DNA of 64,000 nt from the NCBI RefSeq assembly GCF_964355755.1, contig NC_092677.1, positions 22,493,175-22,557,174 on the forward strand, given 5' to 3'. Shown here one piece after another: positions 1 to 13,023 of this stretch. The DNA is from Antedon mediterranea (Eukaryota; Animalia; Echinodermata). A model generated the notes under the pieces. It saw nothing but the letters and a program-made list of their open reading frames with translations, was not told where the DNA came from and made no database searches. Numbering within the stretch: the stretch's first letter is position 1; each line of letters starts with the position of its first letter. The translations under genes were made by a program, and so were the position numbers.

Positions 1-637
1 TACATTTTTCCTGTACTGTCGTCATCATTACTTCCATCTATCATTAAACTAAATGGCGACTCACTCATTTCATCCCGTAGTGACTCAAACATTATATCAC
101 CAAGGCAATTTACTATCGCTGATGTCTTTGTTCGATGACAACTGAACATCTTTGCCGCGATGCTATCTTTGAACTCATCGTTTATAAGAGAACATAGAGA
201 ACTTTACCTCAGCTTGAAGAGAGGAGTACTTATTGAATTTATCAGGTTTGAAAAGTGTGTTTATACGTTGATTGTGTTCTCGTTCACACTGATTACTTTT
301 GTGAGTACTGGTACTCACATGCCTTTTTACGTCATCAAGTCCGCCATGGCCGCAGGAAATGTTGGTATTACACATATCACAGTGACATTTTTAAAAGTAC
401 CCTTTTAAAGAAGAAGGATGAACGGGAAAATTTGTGGTAGTTTTCGTTGTATGAGGGCAGTTGTTTTGGGTTTTTTTTCGGTGGTTCGTTAACGATATCA
501 CTGATGGTACTGTCGTTTGATGATGAACTATCAGAGAAAGATTGAGGTGGTTCATCAACAATTGACGAAGGGGGGGGGGGGGGGTTCAACCTCAGTATCA
601 GTGGCTTCTGTTGCACTGCATACTTCGGGTTCAGCAA
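1..637 (-). pseudogene. Frameshifted hAT-type transposase fragment (N-terminal zinc finger and start of the catalytic domain), running off the window's left edge
   Basis: Minus-strand translation gives CNTNISCGHGGLDDVKRHVSTSTH (BED-like finger), then in another frame DSIAAKMFSCHRTKTSAIV...SPFSLMIDGSND (first catalytic Asp context of hAT transposases). Confidence 0.75.
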
Positions 638-1199
638 CCAATCCAGATGACGTCATATCTACCTCTTCATTACTATTACTATTACTTCCAGTAGACCTAA
701 TATCTTCTATCACGTCATCAATAGTTGAAATTGGAGCCGATCTTGATTCTGAAATATTTAGATTGAAAGGGAATCCATTTTGTTTAATCCGAACGACAAT
801 ATATTGTTTTAGGCGGATGTATTATGGTTTAGAATTTTCGATTGCAACTCTACTTCAACTTTTGAAAAGGGAAAAAGGGAAAAGAAATGAAAGGGAATTT
901 AAGAAAAAACGAAAAAAAAAACACATTTTTTTAATGTAGAAAATCACAATTCAGGATCGCTTGGCTCCAGACTAATGCTTGCTTCGCTCAACGGTTCTCA
1001 CTAAAAATTCCTTGGATCTGGCCCGGTGGTTGTATCGTACATTTAAAAAAAGTTATATCCACTTACCACTGGATACATCTAATATATTTCCAGAGTCTTG
1101 TTCTACACTTTCAACTTCATCATTATTACCTAAATAATAATTATTTAGTAAAAAGGTTCATCTGGATCACTGTATAGTATTTTAAGTAAATTTTCTTTT

Positions 1200-1745
1200 G
1201 GATGATCCAAAGTCGAATAAAATTCCGTAATGATGACAAATCTGGTGTAATAATACTGCGAAAAAGCATATATAGGAGAAACAGCCAGAACCTTATCCAC
1301 AAGGATAAAAGAACACAAAGCAGATGTCACTTCACATTGTACAGGGATCCTAACACGTTCAGCCAGAAATTCAGCTTCAGAAATTGTTCACAACTCAGCC
1401 ATCACCGATCACATGACCACTCACACTCATTTAATTGGAACGTAAAAATACTAGGCACAGAATCGTCATGGAAAGACAGGAAAATAAAAGAATCAATAAA
1501 ATAAGAAAACATGGTAACACTATGAACAGAGACGACGGCGGTTTGGAACTCCCAAAATTGCACAACAACTTACTAAAGAGGAGGCCCCGACAATCCCATT
1601 TGGGAAAACCTGAACGATCTATAGATGGCGCTATACCATATACAAGATCTAATGGTAACAAGTCCAAGTCACAGAGACTCACTCATGATTAAGCTGCGTC
1701 GTTGACCAGCGAAAGCTAGAGTAAAAAACGCAAGTTTACGAATTT
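1200..1745 (+). mobile_element. Penelope-like retroelement 3' fragment (GIY-YIG endonuclease, frameshifted)
   Basis: CEKAYIGETARTLSTRIKEHK and HSFNWNVKILGTESSWKDRKIKESIK/IRKHGNTMNRDDGGLELP motifs, followed by a hammerhead-like motif. Confidence 0.85.
1681..1722 (+). ncRNA. Minimal type I hammerhead ribozyme, A3-U8 core variant
   Basis: ACTC / AUGAUUA / A / GCUG..CAGC stem II / GAAA / GC / UA / GAGU. Stem I is ACUC:GAGU and stem III is the palindrome AGCU. Confidence 0.65.
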
Positions 1746-2739
1746 TATTCGACTTTGCATCATCCAAAAGAAAATTTACTTAAAATAATAATTATTTATA
1801 ATGTTTAATTGTATTATAAATTAAACTTAAACAAGGTTCCAGATGTAAGTGAACTTACCCTAATTTAATTGAGAAACTAGCTAATTGCCTGAACTTGCTT
1901 TCGTTAATAATTGTTTTGTATAATATATAGGCCCATACAATAAATGCATATTTCTTTTTACTTTGTTATTGAACCGGTCTTAACAAATCTAGCATGTTTG
2001 ACAGCTCCCGACGCACAATTCATCGGGGATAGTGGTGGTAATCTTGTTGGATTCCGATGCGCACAACTCAGGGTTGGCCCTGGCGTTGTTTGTTTATCAT
2101 TTTGATCATTTAATATAATAAATGGTTAAAAAAAAATAAAACAATTGTAGTATCTCGAGGACAGACATAAATTGATCAATGAACTTCTGACAGATGACAT
2201 TTAGCATTGTCGACCAAGCCGTAACAAAAAATCAGATTGGCATTTTAACAAATCAATCAATAGACTTAGTGGTATTTTAAAATGATAGGAAGAACTTTTT
2301 ATAGCTGCTGTCTCCTGAAAAAAAGACGGATACAAACCGTACCCTAGTATTTTGTTGCCGCCGTCGACCCGAAACGTTATTAATTGATTACCACACATAG
2401 TGGCAATGATAACAACTCTAGACAACAATAATTTTATTCATTTCCAATACATGAAATTAGACCGTTAAAAAAAACATCTATTAGTATTATATAATAATAA
2501 TAATAGTCTGTTCTTATATAGCGCATATAAGCAAGCTCTCAATGCACTGCACATCAAAAATAAAAGCAGGAAATGTTAAATTAATGAAAAGCTTGTTGGA
2601 AAAGAAATGTCTTGAGTTGAGTCTTAAATGAGTTAAGGGAAGTGTGAAGATTGTCACGCGCATGATCAAAAGATAGCCCGGATGCACTGGGTTCGCTAAC
2701 TGGATGTGTAAACAATTCAAAGCACCAACATCGGCCATC

Positions 2740-3105
2740 TGTCTGCTGGGTTTCCTGCTGTATATGCTATTTGTTCACCATTCTGTAAGCATGCAGCGCC
2801 TAGACCGAATTGTGACGCATCACATGTGAGTGTAATAGCTTTGCGTACATCATAATATTTCAGTAGAGGTGCGTTACATATCATGCTTTGGATGTTTATC
2901 ATACCAGCACCACTGGACATTGTGATGTGTAAGTTCCCTTAACTACTTAGGCTAATGTGCTCAAGTTTGGTATGAATTTCGCTAGATAGTTTAACATACC
3001 GAGGTATCGCTGAAGTGATTGAGTGGAGTCTGGTGTGTTCATTTCTTTGATGGCACTGATTTTCTTAGGGTCTGGTTTCAAACCTTCCGAAGTAAACGTG
3101 TGTGC
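2740..3105 (-). pseudogene. pol: Gypsy-type pol fragment (RT connection and RNase H)
   Basis: GLKPDPKKISAIKEMNTP...LQRYLGMLNYLAKFIPNLS and APLLKYYDVRKAITLTCDASQFGLGAACLQNG motifs. Confidence 0.85.
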
Positions 3106-5049
3106 ACAATCCCGCTTTCAGCGGGACAGTTGGAATCTATGGTTTATATATCATAAATGTATCATAGGAGTTAGTTGGAACAACAAACCCCATGAGCACA
3201 TGGGATGTTTTCTAGCATGTTTCAGGGAACAAAGCAATAACATGTATTCTTATTTTAGTTGTGTAACTTTGTATAGAGTCTAAAATACCAATAAACTATT
3301 CATCCTAATATATGATGAACATCATTAAGAAGATACTCAACAATTTTCATCTTGTTTCAAATAGATATTTAAAAATTTTTTAACTTTTTAAAAAAATATC
3401 ATTAAGATAATTAAATATTTACACATTACCAAAAAAATTACTTAAAAGGAAACAAAACACACATACCTTTCCCAATTCAACACTGTTGTTTTACCTCCAT
3501 GGTTGTATCAATAAGCATGCAGGCAATATGGTGGATGAACATGACAAATACCTAACACTTGGTGGCAGCAGACTAACAAATTACTTTTGTATATGTTCTA
3601 AAATAACCATGTTTCAACAAACCCCATGTTCCAACTAAAACCCCACTCTCCCCTACATATATTTTTTCTTACCTTTAACTTTCCAAGATTTAAGTAGTTT
3701 CCGTATTTGAATTTTAATTCAAAATCACAAGATCCTGTTCCTCAACATGCTGCAATTCATTTTCTTGGGAGACACTTTTGTATTTGGTCAATGAATAAAG
3801 ACAAACACATAGAAAATAGTAGCGTATCAAACAGCTTCTTTATTCATCTATCACATAATCATACATATCTCGATGACAACACATCTTACAGGGAAAAATT
3901 TTAACTTAAAATTTGTTTAGCAATATTGCTAATCAAACAGAATTTTGAGTTGAGAAACATAGTTTTGTATTGTATTTTTTGCTACACAAATTCAGAAATG
4001 TATAGCAATAAGGTTGTTTTGTATAGCTTTTTGCTATGCTACACTGGCGAAATTATTCCCTGATTTTATATACTAAACAGCTGTATTGTGCATTAGCATA
4101 CAGTATGCTACAATGTAAACTCTAGAGGGCAATCATAACAGACACCATATTCTTGCAGACATTGCACAATACTTTGGTCAGTTTAAAGTGGGCAGTACCT
4201 TCAGCATTTTTTGTTTATTATTTGATTATACATCCACGATTTCTACACTTAGTATGAAGTTTCATTTTGCTATAATAATTACATGTTTGTTAAGTAAAAC
4301 TAATTTTAAAAAGTAGTTGATTTTGTCATGAAATTGTTAAAATGTTTTTAAAAAAAACCTCAATTTCAGGGGGTAAAAATAAAAGTCAAGAGGTATAGGT
4401 ATTACAGTGTCTGGGTTTTCAGACATTTGCTATTTATAATCTTTAATTGTATGCTCCTATTATCCTATTACAATAAAATTCCCTTTAAATTGTATGTCAT
4501 GCCTAGATTGAACGTAAATATATGGCTACAGAAGAACGCAATTTCTTTGTCCGCCGTACCAACGGTCACTTCTTGGTGGACCAATTACAATCCAATAATA
4601 CATAAACATTCATGTGTATACTTGGCTTGGTTTACTACAAATGGTGCTTAGACAGTATACGTATTGCTACCAACTTCAGCCCAACAGGCAGCACTTACAC
4701 TACCAACAAAAGTTAACGTTTAATTGTTACACAGTTATCTACGTTAGCACAGAAATACATTGTAGCCTATACATTATCGTTATTACAAGTATATAGTATT
4801 ACAATAAATGAGTATCTTACTTAGAACGGTCAATCTGTATTATTGCTGAGGTGTGACACCTCCCTATCTCTATAAGGTTGATGTGAGGTGTACTTAATAG
4901 CCTACATTCCTCAGTAAATCTTATATACGGTAATACACCTGAATTATTCTATGAAAATTACCCTTTTCGTTTAACTTTCAATACCCGTCACTTAGGACTG
5001 TGAAATTGTAATCTAATCCCACAGAAATACCTTCTTCTTCTAAATATTT

Positions 5050-5560
5050 AAGGTCTGCAATTAACTTAGAGAATACCTTGTTTGGTCACTTGTGAAAGGT
5101 TGTAAAGTCCATGTATTGTTATCGTCTACAATTTCAATTCTTCGGTCATGGCTGCTTTTCTGCTTTAGAGTACAAGTGGATGCTCGAGTGCACCTGTTAT
5201 TCACATCAACTGGTTTTTCAACTGGTTTCTTTCATCCGCTTTAACAGGTTCCTCAATGTGCATAAACAATGCATGCTTGTCTGACCGGCACTTTTGGCAC
5301 TTGACATTTGAGTCACAGTCTCAGGCTTAGTGTTCCTCCACAACGAAATCATAAACCAATTTGCATGCAGAATTGTTATGTTTCCTCTATAGATTTTCGA
5401 CTAAAAACAATGTAGTTTTTATGTGCCCGGATACAGTAATCAGGCGTTGTGCCAGAAGAGCCTTGCACACAGCTGAGAGTCACGCAGTTTCTTATGTTCT
5501 GTCTTGAATCGGGGAAATGAGTTTCTGTGTTTTGCTGCTGTTCATGCTCAAGCATCACTG
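5050..5560 (-). pseudogene. Degraded BEL/Pao-like gag zinc-knuckle fragment
   Basis: Disrupted FRC..H..DCDSNVKCQKCRSDKHALFMH cysteine/histidine array. Confidence 0.5.
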
Positions 5561-5687
5561 TTATAAATATCTGGCTTATGTGTTGGTTGACAATGTCTTG
5601 CTGAAGATTTAGTTATTTCCCTAGTGAGGTCGATTCAAATTGAGGTGGAGGAGTTTAAAGGATTGAATGCGGATGCTCTGGGCCTTA

Positions 5688-5733
5688 ATGTAGTGTAGTG
5701 TAGTGTGTAGTGTAGTGTAGTGTAGTGTAGTGT
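5688..5733 (+). repeat. (TGTAG)n pentanucleotide microsatellite
   Basis: Tandem tgtag units visible directly. Confidence 0.9.
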
Positions 5734-5759
5734 TGCTGTGGCCTCTTTGATGACCGTAC

Positions 5760-8200
5760 GTTTCACATGATGCAAAGTATCAAAACTGGTTAGGCTTGTC
5801 TTCAGATTTAAAGTGGATTACTTCATAAGGTTTTGGAGTTGTCTTGATAACTTGAACCAACTGAAAGGGTAGACTTAACTCTGTGACTTGCTTCAATCCT
5901 TTCTATTGTGCTGTGCATTAAATCTCCTTCTGATTGGCCGTGGTTAGTTTCAAGGAAGTGCAGTCTAATTTCTTCTACGAACGTTGAACAAACTTCAACA
6001 TCATAGATGGTATTATTGAATTTTTGTCTTGCCCTACCCATCCACCATCTTCTTCGGCAGCAGCTTTATTCAGATAAAAGTCAATGCAAAATGTGATTTA
6101 ACACAAACCATGGCGTGTTAATCCTTCATGAGAAAAAAAAACATCCCTACTCCCCAACTCATAAATTGTAAAATTATAACATGCTAATCGGCGTTAAATA
6201 AAATAAAATAATTCTGTTCTTGGCAAGTAAAGAAGACTTGCTGAAGATCAAAGACTGTGGCCCCATGTTGTTTTTTCGCCATGGTATGCTCCTTTGCCGC
6301 TGTCTTTATTTCACAAATCTTTTTCTTCTCACTTAAGTGCTTTTCGTACCGGTTGTTTAGAATGGCCTTTTTGTGATGTATTAGCCCTTGTTTAACAGTA
6401 GACTATCATACACATGACTCATACTACGGTATCCATTTTGTAGAGTAATTGCTTTTAATGAACAATAGAGGGCGGCATAACTATTTACAGTATGATGTAT
6501 ACTATAGTGTTCAATACACTACACTTTTGCTCATCATTTGATTGTTTAAAGGTTTCGCATAATAAGCCACAAGTATCCTTTTTAGAGTGGTGAAATTTGA
6601 GGATGAGTGAACGGAAAGTCTTCTTATAATAGGCTTAAACTAGCACCTTGAGGATGGTCTCTCTTGTACATTCTGTGCATGATGATTACGACGAAAGATA
6701 TTGGCATTTTCTTTTCAATCCTCAATAATGCGATTCCATTCGTGACAATCGTGCGATGTGCTTGATCACCTCTTCATGGTTACTGCGTTTCCTTCCTCCT
6801 TTTTTTCACGCTCCATCACACCAAATCTTCCGTTAACGAAACTTCCAAAGTAGCCAAAAACTTCTTTCGACAAATTTTCCTGTTGTCTCAGGTTTGGGTA
6901 AAAAATAGTTGTAGTGATTGGACCTATTGGATTTGGATTCGGATACACGATCAAATGCCTACTTAACCACTCCCTTTGCCATTGCAAATCAGCCATACCA
7001 TAATAAGCATTCCATATTTCCATGCGTTCTTCATCTTAGTTATCCTTGCAATTCAACCCCTTACATGAACAAAGGGGGCAATCTGAATTTCCTATTGTAT
7101 CTTTTTTTTTGCCATTAACTTGTTTTAATGGTGTAATATTCTTTCCCATTATTTCTATTTTTTTGACTAAGCGATTTTTTTATTTTGGTTTCTGTGGGGT
7201 AGTGGCCTTGCTTCTCCTTCAACTATAAAATTTGAAGCATCTAACGCAGAATCTCCAGATGCAACCGAGCAATTCGTGCAAAATCAGAATCAGAATCTCC
7301 AGACACATAACAATGATCTGAAAGATCGTATGGCACAACAGGTGCCTGAGGCACGCCATGAGGCTCACCAAATACAGATGCGTCTGCCATTTATTTATCA
7401 ATCATGACATCAAAAGACACTGGCGACAGATTATGTACATCATTTAATGTTGATGATATGTCTGTTAGTGCAACATCAACAGTAGGTATCTCTACAAAAT
7501 CATTGGGCAGTATACTTACAATTTCTAGGATATCAGTAGCCATAACATTACATACATCATATTGGATAGGAGTATTTGCTGTTTCTGATAAAAAGATATC
7601 AGCTCCAGGCTGAAACATATTTATTATGTGATGTACACTCATCATCTAAATTAAAATGCTTGTAACATAAAAAACACAAACACTTGGTGCAGGCTACCAA
7701 CACCTCCCCACTGCAAGTAAAATTCTCATACGAAGCATGTTGTAAATCTTCTAAACTCGCCTCATTAGACACCGGTGCATCATTCGTTTCTGTAAACAGT
7801 AAAGGCAAAATCACAAACAGTAAGCACTCTGAATTCAACAATATCTGTTTTCAAAATTGCATGTATTATGTTTGAGAAACAAATACAAATAACATTACCT
7901 GGAATACTTACTTGTGTGATAATACCAATAACCTTCATTGAAAAAATATTTCTTAGATAAATTTGTTTGATTTGGAAAAACTTTAGCACCTTTCGGTGTA
8001 TTTGATCAATGATCATTGGCATTTCTGTATCAGAATAAATTTTGATCACATTTCTGCTTCTTTCTAAATGGTTCCATCCCAATCCATCTCAATCTCCAGG
8101 CCTTTTTCTAACAACCCAGGAAACGAAAGGTCTTTTGAAGAAACAGCATTCTGGGTTTCATCTGCATGCCACTTTATCAATACATCAAAACATTGTTTAC
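5760..8200 (-). pseudogene. Heavily degraded Sola-like DDD transposase
   Basis: KFHHSKKDTC, VFDLQQVF..LA, YNFTIYELG and FLETNHGQSEGDLMHSTIER motifs across frames. A Cys-rich segment (ACTKCLCFLCYKHF) lies upstream and is only tentatively assigned to this element. Confidence 0.6.
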
Positions 8201-8719
8201 TATGGTAAAAAAAAGGAAGGATAATGATGTGTGTTATTTCGCAAACAGTTGTCAGTAAGCAAGTGTTACTATGTTTGGACAGGAAGGATGACTAATTAAA
8301 TGGTACCACATCCTGATTGTGACTTTCCTTGGACCTAACTCAGGAATGTAGTGTTCCAAGTTAAATAGGCATCGGGGAGAGTAAGGGGTGAATAGCCTGT
8401 GTGACTAATAGGGTTTGGTCCCACCATGTTACAACTATAATTCATCAATACGTTAAGTGCAACAAAAATACAAATAGTAGGTACTTTGGAATATACACAA
8501 ACATGATCTGTTATTCATTATAGAATGGGATTAGTGGCACCGTTGGCAGAAATTTACCTTGAAATGTCTTGATACTGCTCCAAACTCATCAAGCTAGCAC
8601 AACAGCCATCACGTGATGAGGAGAGAAAAGAGAAAAAATAGTTGAGCATGAACTTCTTTTATAATGGGGTGGGATGTTTCATTATGTGATATGTGGATGG
8701 TGCATTATTAACTAATGTA

Positions 8720-9590
8720 GTTCTTTACAGAGTTGGCAGAACTGTTTAGAATTTGACCTTTTCAATTTTAACCACAGACTTGTGCTTGCTTTTAAAATTT
8801 GTTCGTGCTTGTACATTCAAATCGATTTGAAATATTTAATTAGTATGTAAAGTAATGCCAATGTTATTGGATTGAACAGCCTGTTACCTTCAATGGCAAA
8901 TGGATTACCATTCTTCGACAAAGCTGATTTAATTTTCTGAAAATTTCTGTTGAATCGTTTGCATTTCATGGTGGTAATCCTGATTGTTCGTCTCCATCAC
9001 TGGAGCTGTCATAAAAAAATGTAGTCGAGCGTTACAGTTTGATATGCCAACTAACCCTCCTCTTCAATATTTTATTCACTTGTTCCACAGCATGGTATAC
9101 TCATGAATGGTATTGTCGACTCTTGCATCCATATCCATGTGTCTTCACTCTCCAACGATTTCATATCTGCAATATATCTTGGCCAAAGCCTCATATATTT
9201 AAGGCGGTCCATGCCAAAACATATCTTTCCAAGCTGCTCACCAGATATGATATGGAGCCTGAGATTTGATGTCCGGGTTATAATAAATTCTAGTATAATT
9301 TCCAAGCGATTAGTATAGTTAATTAAAGACATGTTGAGACTTTGCATCTATCCAGCCACTAAACTTTGTCCATAAGGTTTTGTCTAGCTCCTCTCTTAAT
9401 TGTATCAACGATGCTTTAACATCTTGACTTGCTTTCATAAGGCTCTCAAGGTAGCCATTGTTGTATGGAGCTCACCCAATCTTGGTAATCTTCATTTGCA
9501 TCAAAGATCTGTATGCACTTCTCGTAGAGTGCCATATCCATGGATATGATAGTCTTGTAGTCGTCACCTGTGACTGTAATGTAATACTGT
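8720..9590 (-). pseudogene. Degraded DNA-transposon ORF, Academ-like
   Basis: TIISMDMALYEKC, RLGELH, MDRLKYMRLWPRYIADMKSL and NGNPF motifs typical of this large transposase type. Family assignment is from memory of motifs. Confidence 0.5.
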
Positions 9591-9879
9591 CAGTGTCAGT
9601 AATGTTTATTTATTCTTTATTCTTCAACCAACAGTGAAAGGCACCAATAACTGGTTGATCATAAAATATATATATTATGAAATAAAAATCAAGAATTGTA
9701 CAACAATGAATGTCTACAGAAAACACTATTTAAACACAACATTAACACAAGAAAATTTAACATAAAGAAGGGGTTTACAATGAGGATTACGAACAGGGAC
9801 ATTAAAATAAAACAACAAGATCACAGTTAAACTTAGAATTAAGACATTTAAACAGAAAAATTAAGTTGACCAATTATGT

Positions 9880-10500
9880 GCAACCTCATTGATGAGAGGT
9901 ACACCTATATTCATTTATTGGTGGTGATGAACCAGATTGGAATTAGCTGTTGGTTCTTGATAGCACCTTCTCCAATCTAGCCAGATGTTTTTTTAATGTG
10001 GAGGAAAATATTAATATGTCGTCGAGATATAATACAAGGCCATTCAGGTTCATGTCTGCAAATATAAAAACAATTAGTCGTTGAAATGTATTAGCAGAGT
10101 TACTCTCAATCCTTGTGGCATCCTCAGGAATTCAGATAAGCCCCAAGGTACACTGAAAGCAGTCTTATCAATAGATACTTCGTCCATTGTTACTTGATTA
10201 GCCATGAGCCAGATCAAGCGCTGGGAAGGTCTTTCTCCTCCTAGTACATCTAAAACTTCATTAATCCTTGAAAGCAGAAAAGAATCCTTAATGAATCCTT
10301 CTTTACAACAAGCAAGTGTTGACAAATAAAAGTTATGTTCCATTGGATGATGTGTTGACGGGTACTCTTTTATGGGCTTTGTGCACAGCATTACTGCAAT
10401 GTCATAATCATCAACTGACATTGTCATTGAGTCTTCTATGTCTATATGCCTTGGACAGTGAATCATTTTTCACATCAGCCTCCTTTTGCCGTTCCATTAA
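9880..10500 (-). pseudogene. pol: Gypsy RT fragment
   Basis: DSFLLSRINEVLDVLGG, IDKTAFSVPWGLSEFLRMPQGL and LVLYLDDILIFSS motifs. Confidence 0.85.
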
Positions 10501-11171
10501 CTTAATAATAATAATAAATGAAAACTTATATAGCGCCGGTATCCTCCACCCATGTGGCGCTCATGGCGCTTTACTTGCTGATTACTTTTATAAGCATACA
10601 TAATGTTCTGACTTCACGTATTGGTAATACAAATATGTTGAGCAGTCACTTACTTCACCAGAATATTAAAATGGTTTGCACACGTCAAACCTTGGACAGT
10701 GAATCATTTTTCACATCAGCCTCCTTTTGCCGTTCCATTAACTTAATAATAATAATAAATGAAAACTTATATAGCGCCGGTATCCTCCACCCATGTGGCG
10801 CTCATGGCGCTTCACTTGCTGATTACTTTTATAAGCATACATAATGTTCTGACTTCACGTATTGGTAATACAAATATGTTGAGCAGTCACTTACTTCACC
10901 AGAATATTAAAATGGTTTGCACACGTCAAACCTTGGACAGTGAATCATTTTTCACATCAGCCTCCTTTTGCCGTTCCATTAACTTAATAATAATAATAAA
11001 TGAAAACTTATATAGCGCCGGTATCCTCCACCCATGTGGCGCTCATGGCGCTTCACTTGCTGATTACTTTTATAAGCATACATAATGTTCTGACTTCACG
11101 TATTGGTAATACAAATATGTTGAGCAGTCACTTACTTCACCAGAATATTAAAATGGTTTGCACACGTCAAA
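10449..11171 (+). repeat. Three near-identical 241-bp tandem repeats
   Basis: Units start at 10449, 10690 and 10931 (ccttggacagtgaatc...cacgtcaaa). I saw one mismatch among the copies by eye. Confidence 0.95.
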
Positions 11172-12285
11172 CCTGTAAATAAATACATACAGTTGTAATA
11201 ATCATTAAAAATACAAAATTCAAATCAAATTTAAATATCTTAAATCTACAAGATTCCATATTCATAATACTAAGGCCCAAAAAGAAAATTTAACTTTTAT
11301 TTAACAATCTAATAATAACAATTTATTTTAATAATTTGGTTTTCGTTAAAGTTCGAACTCATGAATTAGGACATATTCCGGTGTGTTTTTAATGCATATT
11401 TACATTAACTATAAACTGTGTTTGTCACAAAAACATGAAATATTTCATAATGAGCATCTGGTAATTTTCGAACATACATTTACAATTTTCACCCAAATTT
11501 TTGCCCAGATCTCTCTTTTAGGTTTAAATTGTAGAAACCAACATTTAAGAAAAGGTTAACAATTTTGACAAATTAATGAGTTATAAAACATTTTTCAAAA
11601 TACACTTATTTACTAACTTTAAATTCATTTAGCTTCCTTAGTATCCCGTCACTCATCACACAGACCGGCGAAATCGCAATTTTAATTAATCTGTACCTCA
11701 TGGTGGTCACTAATACTATTAATCAAACAGAAACACGTTTTTTCGTAGGGATTAGTATTTAGGCTTATGGCACTTTATTATTATTCCTTAATTATATATA
11801 AATACATCAACAATTATCCTAAATTCAGTTGAATTAAATCAATTTAAAAAACTTTACTTTCTTCTGTGTTGTAGTTTGTTTTATGCCTCCTGGTTATTTG
11901 TTGCTTATTTTCTCTAGCGTTACATTACTTTGTTTGTATTTAAAATTGTTCTATAAAGGCAGTATTTTATATCATCATTTACTATATTTTCCAGGGTTTT
12001 GGAACGTAAGCACGTTACCACCATAGATAGCTTTGGTTGGTGCTTTAAACTTTTGGAGACAAATTGATCCTCATTGTTTCTTATTACTGGAGTGGTTCCA
12101 GAACATAAGTTCAGCAGGTTGTTATACTTGTCGGCTGACAGCTTTCCTCTGTTGTACAAGCTCGAGGAGTGACACCTATTTGCGGGTTTCTGCTACAACT
12201 TAACAGTTTTATTGAATGCAATGTGGCCTCGAGATGAGAAAACTTTACATCAATACACTCCGGCCTCTCCTTTGCGACACATAAC

Positions 12286-12794
12286 TGTCGTAATGTGGGG
12301 GGTGTGGGAGTTATCAATATGTATAGCCCCTCAGATCGTAAAGAATCCGAATAAAGTGAATACGATTAAGTATAAAATTTTGCAACAGTTTAATAAGTAG
12401 TACAAAACAGTATCAACAATTCTTTGTCTTGAACTAAAACAATTCCAATATCAGTAACACTTCAACCATGGCAAGCTTCAACGATCTTGATCCGTTAATA
12501 ACATTGAATACAAAATAACAAACTTTTCCTATAGTAATCTACTCTAAATCTATGAAATCCTTTACAATCCATGTAAGTTCAAACTACAGTAAACATCTTC
12601 ACACTCGAATTCTATTTCCAACGTCGTATTATACCTCTTAAACATCAAATTATTAACTAACAAGTAATATAAACATCATTACTCGGAAATGTCCATTCAA
12701 CTCTATTCGTCGTGTTCATCTCTCCTCCCTCGTCCGTTCTCCTCATCCGCACAAAACATCTTAAATCCACGGGGGCGCCCTTCACCTCCCGTCA
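12286..12794 (-). repeat. 3' LTR
   Basis: Direct repeat of 16117-16625. On the minus strand it is preceded by the purine-rich tract aaacagggaaa. Confidence 0.95.
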
Positions 12795-13023
12795 ATTTCC
12801 CTGTTTGAAAAACATTCGTCCCCGAATGTACAATACAAATAAAAAAATGTTTCTCTGAAAACTTAACAAAAAAAACAAATTTAAAAAAATTTCAAATTAC
12901 TTATCATCTATGTAACGTAAACTTCATAAATTATCTGCAATATCAACATAACAACTATTAAAGATAATTCAAGCTAATCCCTAATACTCAAGTGATCTTC
13001 TATTAACAGAGTAGCATACAATT

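Noticed and set aside
517-939. 140-aa plus-strand ORF
   Set aside because: It is low-complexity and antisense to the hAT relic's acidic N-terminal region.
10316-11182. Repeated 95-108 aa ORFs
   Set aside because: They are by-products of the 241-bp tandem repeat and show no protein motifs.
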